Positions 41,221 to 51,792 are shown, counted from the stretch's first letter. The stretch is DNA of 64,000 nt from an uncultured Collinsella sp. (GCA_905209455.1 CAJLTA010000004.1:33006-97005); one strand, 5' to 3'. The notes: generated from the sequence alone by a model not told the origin. A program made the numbers and translations.

Positions 41221-44200
41221 ATGGCATTCGTCCATCTGCACAATCACACTGTTTTCTCCATGCTCGACGGCGCAACCCGTATCCAGGATATGGTCAACCG
41301 TGCCGTTGAGCTTGGCATGCCCGCCGTGGCCATTACCGACCACGGCTACATGTATGGCGTGCCCGACCTGGCGCTGGCCTGTGACGCCGTCAACCACAAC
41401 ACGCCCGAGTACAAAACCTGGAGCCACGACAAGGCCTTCTTGGAAAAGGACCGCCGCGACGAGCTGGTGGAGCCCGATCCCGAGGAAAACCCGCGCGAGC
41501 ATGCCCAGTATGTGAAGGACATGGCCATGTGGGACGAGAAGGGCAACATCGACGAGCTCAAGCCGCCCCTGGTCATCAAGCCCATCTTTGGCTGCGAGGT
41601 CTACTTTACGCCGGACGAGACCCTTGCCCGCGACCACAAGCCCGAGCTCTACCATATGATCCTCCTGGCCAAAGACCAGGAAGGCTACGTCAACCTGATG
41701 CAGACGGTCTCCGAGGCCGCCGTGCAGGGCTTTTACTACAAGCCGCGCGTGACGCTCGACAACCTGCGCCGCCATGCCAAGGGCATGATCTGCACCAGCG
41801 CCTGCATCGCGGGCATCATTCCCAAGTACATCGACCGCGGTGACATGGAGGGCGCCATCAAGTGGGCTGAGACCTTCCGCGACACCTTCGATCCCGGCGA
41901 CTTTTATATCGAGATCCAGGAACACGGCATCACCACCGACAACGGCCTGACCGACGAGCAGATGGACCGCACGCTCATCGACATCGCCAAGCAGGTGGGC
42001 GTCAAGGTGATCGCCACCAACGACTTCCACTACCTGCGCCGCGAGGATGCGCCTGTGCAGGACGTCATCATGTGCATTGGCATGAATGCCAAGGTCGACG
42101 ACCCCAACCGCATGCGCATGACCGGCTCGGAGTTTTACATGAAGACCGAGGAGGAGATGCGGGCGATGTTCCCGTATTGCCCCGAGGCCTGCGACAACAC
42201 GCTCGAGATCGCCGACAAGTGCTACGTTGAGCTGGACTGGGACTCCATCATCCTGCCGCGATTCCCGCTGCTCGATCCCGGCGAGACGCACGAGAGCCAG
42301 TTCCGCCGCGAGTGCGAGAAGGGGCTGCGCCAGCACTACGGCGACGACTGGGCCACGCGCGAGATCGGCGGCGTCAACATCAAAGAGCGCTTTGAGTACG
42401 AATACAAGGTCATCTGCGACAAGGGCTTTGCCGCCTACTTTTTGATCGTTGCCGAGTACGTGCAATGGGCTAAGGACAATGGCATCGGCGTCGGCCCCGG
42501 CCGTGGCTCGGCCGCCGGCGCTATCGTCGCCTACGCCATGAACATCACCGCGTTCGACCCGCTCGAGAACGGCCTGATGTTCGAGAGGTTCCTGTCCCCG
42601 CAGCGTACCGAGATGCCCGATATCGATATGGACTTCGACGATGAGCGGCGCCTCGAGGTCGTGGAGCACGTTCGTCAGCTCTACGGCCCCGAGAAGGTCA
42701 CCCACGTCATCACCTACTCGACCATTAAGGCCAAGCAGGCCATCAACGACGCCGCGCGCGTGCTGGACTATCCGGTCTACATGGGCCAGCGCCTGTCCAA
42801 GATGGTCTCGAGCGACCCCAAGGTCAAGCTCAAGCAGGTGCTCGAAAAGCAACCCGGCAAAGAGGATCTGTTTAACCCCGACTTTGCCGAGGCCTATAAA
42901 AAGGATGACGACGCCCGCCGCATCATCGACACGGCGCTCTCGATCGAGGGCCTCACCCGTGGCGAGGGCGTGCACGCGTGCGCCGTTCTGATCTGCCGCG
43001 ATCCCGTCAACGAGCACGTACCCACCAAGCTCGATACCAAGGGCGGCGTCGAGATTACCCAGTACGAGGGTCATACCGTTGCCGACATGGGCTTGCTCAA
43101 GATGGACTTCCTGGGCCTGCGCACGCTGACGGTTATCTCCAAGGCCAAGGCAAACATCAAGAAGAACTTCGGCATCGTCATCAAAGAGGAAGAGATTCCC
43201 TTTGACGACCCCGAGATCTTTAAGCTCATGGGCTCCGGTCACACCGCCGGCGTCTTCCAGGTCGAGTCCGCCGGCATGACGGCCACGATCAAGAACATGA
43301 AGCCCACCGAGTACAAGCACGTCGTGGCATTGATCGCCCTATACCGCCCGGGCCCGCTGGGCGCCGGCATGGTCTCGTCCTACATCAACCGTATGAACGG
43401 CAAGGAGCCGGCTGTTTCCTACGACGACCGCCTGGACGACATCCTGGGCGAAACCTACGGCACCATGGTCTACCAGGAACAGGTTATGCTCATCTCCGTC
43501 GAGATGTGCGGCTTCTCCAAGGGCGAATCGGACTCGCGTATCCGTAAGCCCGTGGCTAAGAAAAAGATTAAGCTGCTCACGTCGACGGTGCTCCACTGGG
43601 AGGATGGCTCGGACGAGACCACCTACGACCACTGGATGAACGGCGCTATCAAGAACAACTACACGCGCGAGGTCGCCCAGAAGATTTGGGACGATGTTCT
43701 CGAGTTCGCGTCCTACGCCTTCAACAAGTCGCACTCCGCCGGCTACGCCATCCTGGTTATGCAGACGGCGTGGCTCAAGGCGCACTATCCGCACGAGTAC
43801 ATGGCGGCCGTTCTGACGTCCTATACGGGCAAGACCGACAAGATCGTGCACTACGTCTCGGCATGCCGTCACGACGGCATTCCCGTGCTTTCGCCAGATG
43901 TCAACGAGTCCGGTACCGAGTTCACGGCTACCAAGGAGGGCGTGCGCTTTGGTCTGGCCGGCATCCGCGGCGTGGGCACCGGCGTGGCGCAGGCGATTAT
44001 CGCCGAGCGCGAGGCGGGCGGCCCGTTTAAGACACTGCACGACTTTGTCGAGCGCGTGGACTCGAGCCAGGCAAACCGCCGTGTGATCGAATCGCTGATC
44101 AAGGCAGGCGCCTTCGACTCCACGGGGTATCCGCGTCGCCAGATGATGCACTTTGTGGACAAGAACAACCCCGAGAACATCATCGATGCCGCGGTAAAGC

Positions 44201-45024
44201 GCCAGAAGGACCGCGCGAGCGGCCAGACGTCGTTCTTCGATATGTTTGGCGACGTTGAGGGCTCGGGCTTTGAGGTGAGCGTGCCCGATCCGGATGGCCA
44301 GGAATGGGACCGCCACCTTAAGCTGAGCCAGGAGAAGGAGGTTCTGGGCATCTACGTCTCGGACCACCCGCTGCGTCCGTTTGAGTATGCACTTAGCAAA
44401 GCGCGTGACTTCTCGTTCTCGCAGATCGACACCGGCTACGAGGTGCAAAACCCCACGGGCGGTACCATCAACCAGGAGATTCCCGAGGGCAAGGCGCTGT
44501 GGTGGGCCGGTATGGTCTCGAGCGTGTCCAAGCGCGTGACCAAAAACGGCGATCCCATGGGTATCGTGCAGCTCGAGGACATGGAAGGCGAGGCCACGGT
44601 CGTGGTGTTCCCCAAGACCTACAAGGAGGCCGAGGGGTATCTGTACGGCGAGGTCGATCCCGAGACCGGCGCGCAGCTGTCCGACGCGTTTGTGCGCATT
44701 AAGGGCAAGCTCGAGCGCTCGGACCGCGGCGACCAGATCATCGCGCAGGAGATTGTACCGCTGGAGCTTAGCGAGGAGAAAAACAAGCCCAAGGTCTTTG
44801 AGGTCATGGTGCCCAACAGCCGATTTAGCCAGGGCAATATGGCGCGCCTGGCCACGGTGCTCACCACCAACCCGGGCGGCGACCGCGTGGAGATCTTTAT
44901 TGAGCAAGTCGACGGGCGCGTGCTGCGTGCCGAGGTGCCGGCCAAGGTCAATGCACGCTCGATTCCGCTGCTGGCAGAGGCAAAGGCCATCGTCGGCAAC
45001 CAAGGCCGCGTGACGGTTATCTAA
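41221..45024 (+). CDS. dnaE: DNA polymerase III alpha subunit.
   Basis: PHP domain (FVHLHNHTVFSMLDG), polymerase core, and an OB-fold. Confidence 0.9.
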   Translation: MAFVHLHNHTVFSMLDGATRIQDMVNRAVELGMPAVAITDHGYMYGVPDLALACDAVNHNTPEYKTWSHDKAFLEKDRRDELVEPDPEENPREHAQYVKDMAMWDEKGNIDELKPPLVIKPIFGCEVYFTPDETLARDHKPELYHMILLAKDQEGYVNLMQTVSEAAVQGFYYKPRVTLDNLRRHAKGMICTSACIAGIIPKYIDRGDMEGAIKWAETFRDTFDPGDFYIEIQEHGITTDNGLTDEQMDRTLIDIAKQVGVKVIATNDFHYLRREDAPVQDVIMCIGMNAKVDDPNRMRMTGSEFYMKTEEEMRAMFPYCPEACDNTLEIADKCYVELDWDSIILPRFPLLDPGETHESQFRRECEKGLRQHYGDDWATREIGGVNIKERFEYEYKVICDKGFAAYFLIVAEYVQWAKDNGIGVGPGRGSAAGAIVAYAMNITAFDPLENGLMFERFLSPQRTEMPDIDMDFDDERRLEVVEHVRQLYGPEKVTHVITYSTIKAKQAINDAARVLDYPVYMGQRLSKMVSSDPKVKLKQVLEKQPGKEDLFNPDFAEAYKKDDDARRIIDTALSIEGLTRGEGVHACAVLICRDPVNEHVPTKLDTKGGVEITQYEGHTVADMGLLKMDFLGLRTLTVISKAKANIKKNFGIVIKEEEIPFDDPEIFKLMGSGHTAGVFQVESAGMTATIKNMKPTEYKHVVALIALYRPGPLGAGMVSSYINRMNGKEPAVSYDDRLDDILGETYGTMVYQEQVMLISVEMCGFSKGESDSRIRKPVAKKKIKLLTSTVLHWEDGSDETTYDHWMNGAIKNNYTREVAQKIWDDVLEFASYAFNKSHSAGYAILVMQTAWLKAHYPHEYMAAVLTSYTGKTDKIVHYVSACRHDGIPVLSPDVNESGTEFTATKEGVRFGLAGIRGVGTGVAQAIIAEREAGGPFKTLHDFVERVDSSQANRRVIESLIKAGAFDSTGYPRRQMMHFVDKNNPENIIDAAVKRQKDRASGQTSFFDMFGDVEGSGFEVSVPDPDGQEWDRHLKLSQEKEVLGIYVSDHPLRPFEYALSKARDFSFSQIDTGYEVQNPTGGTINQEIPEGKALWWAGMVSSVSKRVTKNGDPMGIVQLEDMEGEATVVVFPKTYKEAEGYLYGEVDPETGAQLSDAFVRIKGKLERSDRGDQIIAQEIVPLELSEEKNKPKVFEVMVPNSRFSQGNMARLATVLTTNPGGDRVEIFIEQVDGRVLRAEVPAKVNARSIPLLAEAKAIVGNQGRVTVI

Positions 45025-45052
45025 GCTACCCCGGGTGAGATTGGAGGAAGTG

Positions 45053-48000
45053 ATGGCGCAGGGGACGTTTGTGCAGGCGCTTCGCAAAGAGGCGGCGTTG
45101 AGCGGCACCTTTATGAAGGGGCGTTCGCTCATGCTCAACGGCGCCGTGCTGTCGATCGAGGACAGCGGCTCGCGCTTCTCCAAAAACGTGACGGTTGAGG
45201 GCTCGGTGCGCGGTTCGCGCGGCGACCTGTACAAGACGCGAGTGGCGCTCGACATGGACGAGCACGAGGTGATCGACTACGACTGCGATTGCCCCGCCGC
45301 CTATCGTTACCCCGGTATGTGCAAGCACGCTATTGCCACGGCTCTGGCGTATTTGGATGCCAGCGGCGCCGAGCCCGTCGAAGGTTTGCGCACGCCGGTC
45401 CGCACGTTTACGGCGCAGCCGAAACAGCCCGCGCGCACCGCGCTCAAAGCGCCGGCCGTCAATCCCAACTTTCCCTTTCCGGCGCCCGTCCCCACGAGTC
45501 CCAGCCTCATGGCGGCGCTCTCCGATCTTTCGGACGCACGCATGGATGAGCTGGCGAGCATGCGCCGCAAGCTCGCTGGCAGTGTGGATCCCGATGCCCC
45601 CAAGGCGGTGTTGGAGCCCTCGTTGGTGCCGTACTACAATCCACTGTTTGCCGACCGCTTTAGCTGGGCGCTCGAGCTTCGCATTCGTTGTGGATCGGTC
45701 TCCTACGTGGTCAAGGATATCGACGGCATGGCCGACGCCTATGTCCGAGGCGGCACCTTCTCGTACGGCAAGAAGCTCACGTTTGTCCATACGCCCGAAG
45801 CCTTCGAGGACGTGTCGACAAAGCTGCTCAACCTTGTTGTGACGACAGTTGCCTATCTCGATGACATCACAAGCTCGCGTTCGGCGTCGTACGACTTTGC
45901 CCGCAGCGGTTTTGTCGCCGAGCGTCAGTTGCCGCTGTCCGAGCATAGCATCGTATATGTGCTGGACCTGCTGCGTGGCCAGACCATCTCCTTTGAGCCC
46001 GCCTGGTCGCGGGGGACGACGACGCATCGCACCTATGACGTGGCGGTTGAGATGCCTCCGGAAGGGGAGGACGAGGCTCTGTCTAAGCGCCCACCGCTCC
46101 TTGCCGCCAAAATCGCGCCGGCGGCTGGCGGCAGCTACGATCTACGCCTGCCGGCCGATGCATACTGCTTTGCTTCGGGCGACGTTGCCTATCTGGTCGA
46201 CACCCGCCGTGCGCGCCGCACCGATGTAGCGTTTGCCCAGCATGCGGCGCCGTTCCTATCGCGCTTGCTGCCCTGTCGCACGCCGGTCCATATTGCTGCC
46301 GACCAGGTGGGGGAGTTCTGTCGTATGGCGCTGCCCATTTTGCGCGACTACACCGACCTTACCGCGCCCGCTGCGCTCGATACCGTGGCGCCCGAGCCGA
46401 GCTTTGCCATGGCGATCGGCGTCGACGATGGACTCGTGACCTGCAAAGTTACGGTTACCTACGGCGACTGGTCGGCAGATCTCTTTAGCCTGGGCGCTCC
46501 GAGCAGTCTCTTCGAAGAGCAACGCCCGGGCGTGCCGCCCCGCGACGAGGTGGCGGAGTTTCGCGTTATGGATACGGCGGCCTTGTACTTCGATTTCTAC
46601 GAGGGCGGTCTGGCGTTTGAGGAGCGCGATGACGAGAGCCTGTTCCGCTTGCTGACCGAGGGCCTGTCTGCCCTGTCCGAGCTGGGCGAGGTCATGCTCA
46701 GCGACCGTCTGCGCCAGATTTCGGTCCGCCCCGCGCCCAAGCTCTCGGTTCGTGCGACCGTCAAGAGCAATCTGCTCGATGTCGAGCTGGGCGCGAGCGG
46801 GCTTTCGGCCGCGGACCTTGCCGTCTATCTCGATTCGTACAAGCGCCATCAAACGTTTGCGCGCCTTACGTCCGGCGACATCGTTCGTCTGGACGAGGGC
46901 GCTCGAGCCGCGTTTGGCCTCGCCGAGGACCTGGGCGTCGATGCCGTCGACCTGCTCGACGGCGTGTCGCTTCCCGCGTCGAGTACCCTGTTCGTCGATA
47001 GCATGCTCGCACGCACGCCCGCGCTCGAGGCCGATCGTGACGCCGCGTTCCGCCGTACCGTCGAGCGCCTGGACACGCTCGGCAAGATGGACTTTACGGT
47101 ACCCGCCTCGCTCAAGGCCACGCTGCGTGGCTACCAGGTCGACGGCTACCAGTGGCTCGGCTCGCTTGAGCATCTGGGCCTTGGCGGCATCTTGGCCGAC
47201 GACATGGGCCTGGGCAAAACGCTCCAGATGATCGCGCATATCCTGGCGCGTGTGGAAGCGGGGGACATTAAGCCCACGCTTGTGGTGTGCCCCGCGTCGC
47301 TTGTGTACAACTGGACCGCCGAGCTGGAGCGCTTTGCCCCGTCGCTCGATGTGTGCGCCATCGTGGGCGCCAAGGCGCAGCGTCGCGTGCAAATCGCCGG
47401 CGTGGCCGAGCATAACGTGGTCGTGACGTCGTATGACCTTATGCGGCGCGATATCGACGAGTACGTCGAGCAGGACTTTGCCCGTGTGGTGCTCGATGAG
47501 GCCCAGTACATTAAAAACCCGCTCACCCAGGTGGCGCGCGCCGCAAAGCGCCTGCCTGCCGGCGTGCGCTTTGCCCTGACGGGCACGCCCATCGAAAACC
47601 GCCTATCCGAGCTCTGGAGCATCTTCGACTTTTTAATGCCGGGCCTGCTTGGCACGCGCGAGTCGTTTGCCAAGCGCTTCGAAAGCCCGGTCGAGCACGC
47701 CGAGGGCGACAGTGCCGCTCGCCTGCAAGCGCTCGTGTCGCCGTTTGTGCTGCGCCGTGTCAAGGAAGACGTGGTGGCCGACCTGCCCGAAAAGATCGAG
47801 GACACGGTCATGGCGCAGCTCACCGGCGAGCAGCGCAAGCTGTACCTGGCAAACCAGGACCGCATCGCCCAGCAGGTGCAGCACCGCGAGGCATCCGAGT
47901 TTAAGAAAGACAAGCTCAAGGTACTTGCCGAGCTCACCAAGCTGCGCCAGATCTGCTGCGACCCGCGTCTGCACTACGAGGATTACAAGGCGGGGAGCGC

Positions 48001-48517
48001 CAAGCTCGATACGTGCATGGAGCTCGTGCACGGCGCACTCGACGGTGGTCATCGCATCTTGCTGTTCAGCCAGTTTACGGGCATGCTCGATATCATTGGC
48101 AAGCGCCTGGCCAAGGAGGATATCGCCTTCCTTAAGCTCACGGGCGCATCGTCTAAAGAGAGCCGCGCCAAGATGGTCGCACAGTTCCAGGCGGGCGAGG
48201 TGCCGGTCTTTTTGATTTCGCTCAAGGCGGGCGGCGTGGGCCTTAACCTGACGGCGGCCGACGTGGTCATCCACTACGACCCGTGGTGGAACGTGGCGGC
48301 GCAGGACCAAGCGACTGACCGCGCGCATCGTATTGGCCAGCAACATACCGTGACCGTGTACAAGCTCATCGCCAAGGACACGATCGAGGAGCGCATTATG
48401 CAGATGCAGGAGTCCAAGCGCGACCTGGTCAACAGCGTGCTCGGCGGCGACGGCATCTCGTCGGCACTGTTCACGCGCGAGGATGTTCTGGCGCTGCTCG
48501 GCGGCGACGGTCGCTAA
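45053..48517 (+). CDS. SNF2-family helicase with an N-terminal SWIM zinc finger.
   Basis: SWIM motif CDCPAAYRYPGMCKHAIA. SNF2 motifs: LADDMGLGKTLQ, and DEAQYIKNP. Helicase-C domain. Start at the ATG at 45053 after SD ggaggaag. The track ORF starts at 45035. Confidence 0.8.
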   Translation: MAQGTFVQALRKEAALSGTFMKGRSLMLNGAVLSIEDSGSRFSKNVTVEGSVRGSRGDLYKTRVALDMDEHEVIDYDCDCPAAYRYPGMCKHAIATALAYLDASGAEPVEGLRTPVRTFTAQPKQPARTALKAPAVNPNFPFPAPVPTSPSLMAALSDLSDARMDELASMRRKLAGSVDPDAPKAVLEPSLVPYYNPLFADRFSWALELRIRCGSVSYVVKDIDGMADAYVRGGTFSYGKKLTFVHTPEAFEDVSTKLLNLVVTTVAYLDDITSSRSASYDFARSGFVAERQLPLSEHSIVYVLDLLRGQTISFEPAWSRGTTTHRTYDVAVEMPPEGEDEALSKRPPLLAAKIAPAAGGSYDLRLPADAYCFASGDVAYLVDTRRARRTDVAFAQHAAPFLSRLLPCRTPVHIAADQVGEFCRMALPILRDYTDLTAPAALDTVAPEPSFAMAIGVDDGLVTCKVTVTYGDWSADLFSLGAPSSLFEEQRPGVPPRDEVAEFRVMDTAALYFDFYEGGLAFEERDDESLFRLLTEGLSALSELGEVMLSDRLRQISVRPAPKLSVRATVKSNLLDVELGASGLSAADLAVYLDSYKRHQTFARLTSGDIVRLDEGARAAFGLAEDLGVDAVDLLDGVSLPASSTLFVDSMLARTPALEADRDAAFRRTVERLDTLGKMDFTVPASLKATLRGYQVDGYQWLGSLEHLGLGGILADDMGLGKTLQMIAHILARVEAGDIKPTLVVCPASLVYNWTAELERFAPSLDVCAIVGAKAQRRVQIAGVAEHNVVVTSYDLMRRDIDEYVEQDFARVVLDEAQYIKNPLTQVARAAKRLPAGVRFALTGTPIENRLSELWSIFDFLMPGLLGTRESFAKRFESPVEHAEGDSAARLQALVSPFVLRRVKEDVVADLPEKIEDTVMAQLTGEQRKLYLANQDRIAQQVQHREASEFKKDKLKVLAELTKLRQICCDPRLHYEDYKAGSAKLDTCMELVHGALDGGHRILLFSQFTGMLDIIGKRLAKEDIAFLKLTGASSKESRAKMVAQFQAGEVPVFLISLKAGGVGLNLTAADVVIHYDPWWNVAAQDQATDRAHRIGQQHTVTVYKLIAKDTIEERIMQMQESKRDLVNSVLGGDGISSALFTREDVLALLGGDGR

Positions 48518-48667
48518 CCCGCTCGGGTGGGGCCGCCAGGGCGGATGGCACGCGCTGTCCCATCGTCCCCGCCCGTTATGTGTTCATTTGCAATGCCGTG
48601 GATGGTTTGTCTGCCTTTGGGCATAAGAACCATCAAGAACATTGGCACATCAGCAAAGGAGAACATC

Positions 48668-49030
48668 ATGGCGAAATTCTTTAAGGACCCCGACGGTAAG
48701 CTCATCGCTGCCCTTGACGACGGCGTTGCGACCCCTGCCGGTTGCACGGAACTGACCGCAAACACTGAGGACGCGGCGCACGAGAAACACGTGCCTGTTG
48801 TCGAGACCGAGCGCGACGGTCACGTGATTCGCGCACGCGTTGGCTCGGTCGAGCACCCCAGCCTGCCCGAGCACTACATTGAGTGGATCGCCCTTGAGGC
48901 CGAGGGCCGCTTGGAGGTCCATTACCTTGAGCCCGGCATGAAACCCGCGACGTTTTTCGCGGGCGGCTCCAAGACCGGTACCATCTATGCCTACTGCAAC
49001 CTGCACGGGCTGTGGTCCGCGACATTCTAG
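48668..49030 (+). CDS. sor: Superoxide reductase, 1Fe-SOR / neelaredoxin type.
   Basis: EKHVPV, HPSLPEHYIEWIAL and CNLHGLW iron ligand motifs. SD aaggaga. The track ORF starts further upstream at 48527. Confidence 0.85.
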   Translation: MAKFFKDPDGKLIAALDDGVATPAGCTELTANTEDAAHEKHVPVVETERDGHVIRARVGSVEHPSLPEHYIEWIALEAEGRLEVHYLEPGMKPATFFAGGSKTGTIYAYCNLHGLWSATF

Positions 49031-49147
49031 GAGCGCGCCCCCGCTCGGGGTATCATAGCTAGCATATGCACATGCAAGCGCCGACTGCATTATGCGGCCG
49101 GCGCTTTTACTACGATTTCGATGGTTTACGACGGAAAGGGCTGAGCC

Positions 49148-51133
49148 ATGAAGCTCGCGCTTGCACAGATCGATATGCGCCTGGGTGATATTGAGGGCAT
49201 TTGCGGCCGCATCGAGGACCAGGCTCGTCTGGCCCACGAGCGCGGTGCGCGCGTGCTGTGCGTTCCGGCTCCGCTCTTTATGGGCGCTATGCCCGGTGGC
49301 CTGGTGGGCGCTGCCGACTTTGAGCATGACATGCTTGCCGGCTTGACTGGTGTCGCCGAGCGTATCCAGGAGCTTGACATGATCTGCATCGTGCCCGCGG
49401 CGGTTTCGTTTGAGGGCCAGCCGCTGCTCGACTACATGATGCTCAAGGACGGTCATGTGGTGCCGGCGCGTTCGAGCATTGCCCTGCAGCGTGGTGAGAA
49501 CAACGACACACGTTGGGCGCCGCCGGTGTTCGACGTGGACGGCGTGCGCATCGCCGTGATTTTTGACTTGGACCGCGAACTCGAGATGTTGCCGACCGGT
49601 GTTGACCTCATTGCGTATTTCCAATTCAACGCGTTTGACATGACCGACCGCGAGACTGCCGCCATTGCCGCCGTTCGCAGCGGCGCCTACCGCAAGATCG
49701 CATCCAAGCGCAGCGTGTGGTTTGCCTGCATGGCGCCGGTCGGTGCCTTTGACGAGTCGGTGTATACCGGCGGTTCGTTTGTGCTCGACGACTGCGGCCG
49801 CGTGGTGGCCCAGGCGCCGTGTTTTGAGGAGAGCCTGCTGGTTCAGAAGATTCAGCGCGGCGTGATGCTCGATGCCCTGGAAGATCACGAACTGCCCGAG
49901 TTCCGTTCCGAGGAGTGGTTGTGGCAGGCGCTGGTGCTCGCCGTGCGCGACAACGCCCGAGCCCACGGTGCGTCGCGTGCTGTGGTGGCACTCGAGGGTG
50001 ACCTGCCGTCGTCTTTGCTGACGGCGCTGGCCGTCGACGCTCTGGGCCCGCGTAATGTGATTGGCCTGGTGCTGGGGCGCAACCGTATCTTTACGCCGGC
50101 GCAGGAGGAGGCCGAGGCTGCCCGCTGTGCCGCCGTCCGTGCCATCGCCGAGCGTTTGCACATTCGCACTGTCGAGCGCGATGCACCGGATGCGGCGCGT
50201 GTGCTCGATCGCGACGTGTCGGCGGGCGATGCCGAGCGTCTGCGCTCGCGCACGTTGGGCCTCATGCTGGAGGACACGGCGCTCGAGCTGGGTGCGATGG
50301 CGCTGAGCCCGCTGTCCAAAACCGAGTACGCGCTGGCGGCGCCGGCGCTTTGCGGCGGCTACCAGGGCGACTTTGCGCCCTTTGGCGATGTGTACCTGTC
50401 GACGCTTGAGTTTGTGGCGCGTGTGCGCAACCGCACGTCTGCCGTGGTGCCCCAAGAGCTCGTGACGCTCAACGCGGTGGAAGATTGTATGGAGCGCGTG
50501 CTGGCGCAAGCGCTCTCGACGCTCGACGGTCCGGTCGATATGCTCGACCGCGCGGCACAGCTGCTCGGCGGGCTTGAGCCGGGTGAGGTCGATGGCGCGC
50601 TCGAGGCGCACGTGGACCGCAATCGATCTTTCGACGACATCCCGATGGCCGCTGGCAAGCCTGAGGCTTGCTCGCTGCTGCTGATGCTCGTTCGACAGGG
50701 TGAGGCTGCCCGCCGCATGTTGCCGATGGCGCCGATCGTCTCGGCCCGTTCGTTTGCCGAGCGTGCCTGGCCGTATATGCTCGCGTGGTCCGACCTGGGG
50801 CTTAATGGCAAGGAGCGTACGACGGTCGATTCGCTGGCGCGCGCCGAGGTGCGTCGTTTTGCTGACGAGGATACGAGCGAGCGCGTGCGAAACGAGATGA
50901 TGGGCGTGCTGGGCGAGCTACTGGGTATTTCGCCCGAGCAAATGGAGGAGCTGCGCTCTGAGGACGGTCAGCGTCGTTTGCACGAGGGAATGAAAAAGTT
51001 CGAGGGCGAGGTTCAGGACGCCATCGATAAGATGATGGGCGGTCAGGGCGGCTCGCAAGGTAGTCCCCAGGGTGGCCCGATGCCGCATCCGCCGGTGGAT
51101 CCGAGGCAGTTCCCCTTTTTCTCGCAGAACTAA
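49148..51133 (+). CDS. Glutamine-dependent NAD+ synthetase homologue (CN-hydrolase plus NAD-synthase domains) with degenerate catalytic motifs. Likely a pseudoenzyme.
   Basis: Collinear with NadE, but the PP-loop SGGxDS is replaced by EGDLPS, and GNKSE by LSKTE. The nitrilase catalytic Glu and Cys positions are altered (VPAPLF; IAVIFD). C-terminal Gly/Gln-rich tail. Confidence 0.6.
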   Translation: MKLALAQIDMRLGDIEGICGRIEDQARLAHERGARVLCVPAPLFMGAMPGGLVGAADFEHDMLAGLTGVAERIQELDMICIVPAAVSFEGQPLLDYMMLKDGHVVPARSSIALQRGENNDTRWAPPVFDVDGVRIAVIFDLDRELEMLPTGVDLIAYFQFNAFDMTDRETAAIAAVRSGAYRKIASKRSVWFACMAPVGAFDESVYTGGSFVLDDCGRVVAQAPCFEESLLVQKIQRGVMLDALEDHELPEFRSEEWLWQALVLAVRDNARAHGASRAVVALEGDLPSSLLTALAVDALGPRNVIGLVLGRNRIFTPAQEEAEAARCAAVRAIAERLHIRTVERDAPDAARVLDRDVSAGDAERLRSRTLGLMLEDTALELGAMALSPLSKTEYALAAPALCGGYQGDFAPFGDVYLSTLEFVARVRNRTSAVVPQELVTLNAVEDCMERVLAQALSTLDGPVDMLDRAAQLLGGLEPGEVDGALEAHVDRNRSFDDIPMAAGKPEACSLLLMLVRQGEAARRMLPMAPIVSARSFAERAWPYMLAWSDLGLNGKERTTVDSLARAEVRRFADEDTSERVRNEMMGVLGELLGISPEQMEELRSEDGQRRLHEGMKKFEGEVQDAIDKMMGGQGGSQGSPQGGPMPHPPVDPRQFPFFSQN

Positions 51134-51201
51134 CTATGGGATAGGATTCGCTCCCAGCCCCGATACTTCAACTAAGCATTTCGGCCCCGTTGTGTTATTC
51201 T

Positions 51202-51215
51202 AGAACAGACGTTCG
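51202..51215. promoter_or_regulatory. LexA (SOS) box upstream of ruvC.
   Basis: AGAACAGACGTTCG matches the Gram-positive GAAC-N4-GTTC (Cheo-type) LexA operator. Lies ~55 bp upstream of the ruvC start. Confidence 0.5.
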
Positions 51216-51270
51216 TGAATGATGCGCGGGGCCTTGTCTTGCGCTGTGCTTGTGGCGAGGGGAGGTCGGC

Positions 51271-51792
51271 TTGGTCATTTTGGGTATCGACCCCGGTTTG
51301 GCCCATACGGGTTGGGGGATTATCGAGGAGCGGCGCGGCGAGGTTCGCTGCCGTGCCTACGGCTGCATCGAGACCAGTGCCGGAAGTCCGCTCGCGGTGC
51401 GCCTGTCGCATATCGCCCGCGACCTCAAGGGTGTCGTGGAGCGTTATCGACCCGATACCGCTGCTATCGAGAGCATTTACTTTGGCGCCAACGTTCGCTC
51501 GGCCATCCCTACGGCGCACGCCCGCGGTGCTGCACTCGTGGCGCTTTCGGAATGCGCGCTCGAGATTGGCGAGTACACGCCTATGCAGATTAAGCAGGCT
51601 GTTGTGGGCACCGGCGCCGCGGACAAACGGCAGGTCGCGTATATGGTTCGTACGCTCACACAGCTCGATCACGACCCACATCCCGACCATGCCGCCGATG
51701 CCCTGGCCTGCGCCATCTGCCACGTTAATCTCAGCCGCACCCGGGCGCTTACCGGCGGCGAGTTCTATCAACAGAGAGGAACCGGATACTGA
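51271..51792 (+). CDS. ruvC: Holliday junction resolvase.
   Basis: VILGIDPGLAHTGWG. TTG start after SD ggggagg. Confidence 0.85.
   Translation: MVILGIDPGLAHTGWGIIEERRGEVRCRAYGCIETSAGSPLAVRLSHIARDLKGVVERYRPDTAAIESIYFGANVRSAIPTAHARGAALVALSECALEIGEYTPMQIKQAVVGTGAADKRQVAYMVRTLTQLDHDPHPDHAADALACAICHVNLSRTRALTGGEFYQQRGTGY

Noticed and set aside
41185-45255. Two long minus-strand ORFs (711 and 638 aa) opposite dnaE
   Set aside because: Antisense artefacts. dnaE is full length with PHP and polymerase motifs.
45026-50611. Minus-strand ORFs of 333, 385, 264, 237 and 653 aa opposite the SNF2 and NadE-like genes
   Set aside because: Antisense artefacts with Arg/Ala/Gly-rich composition.
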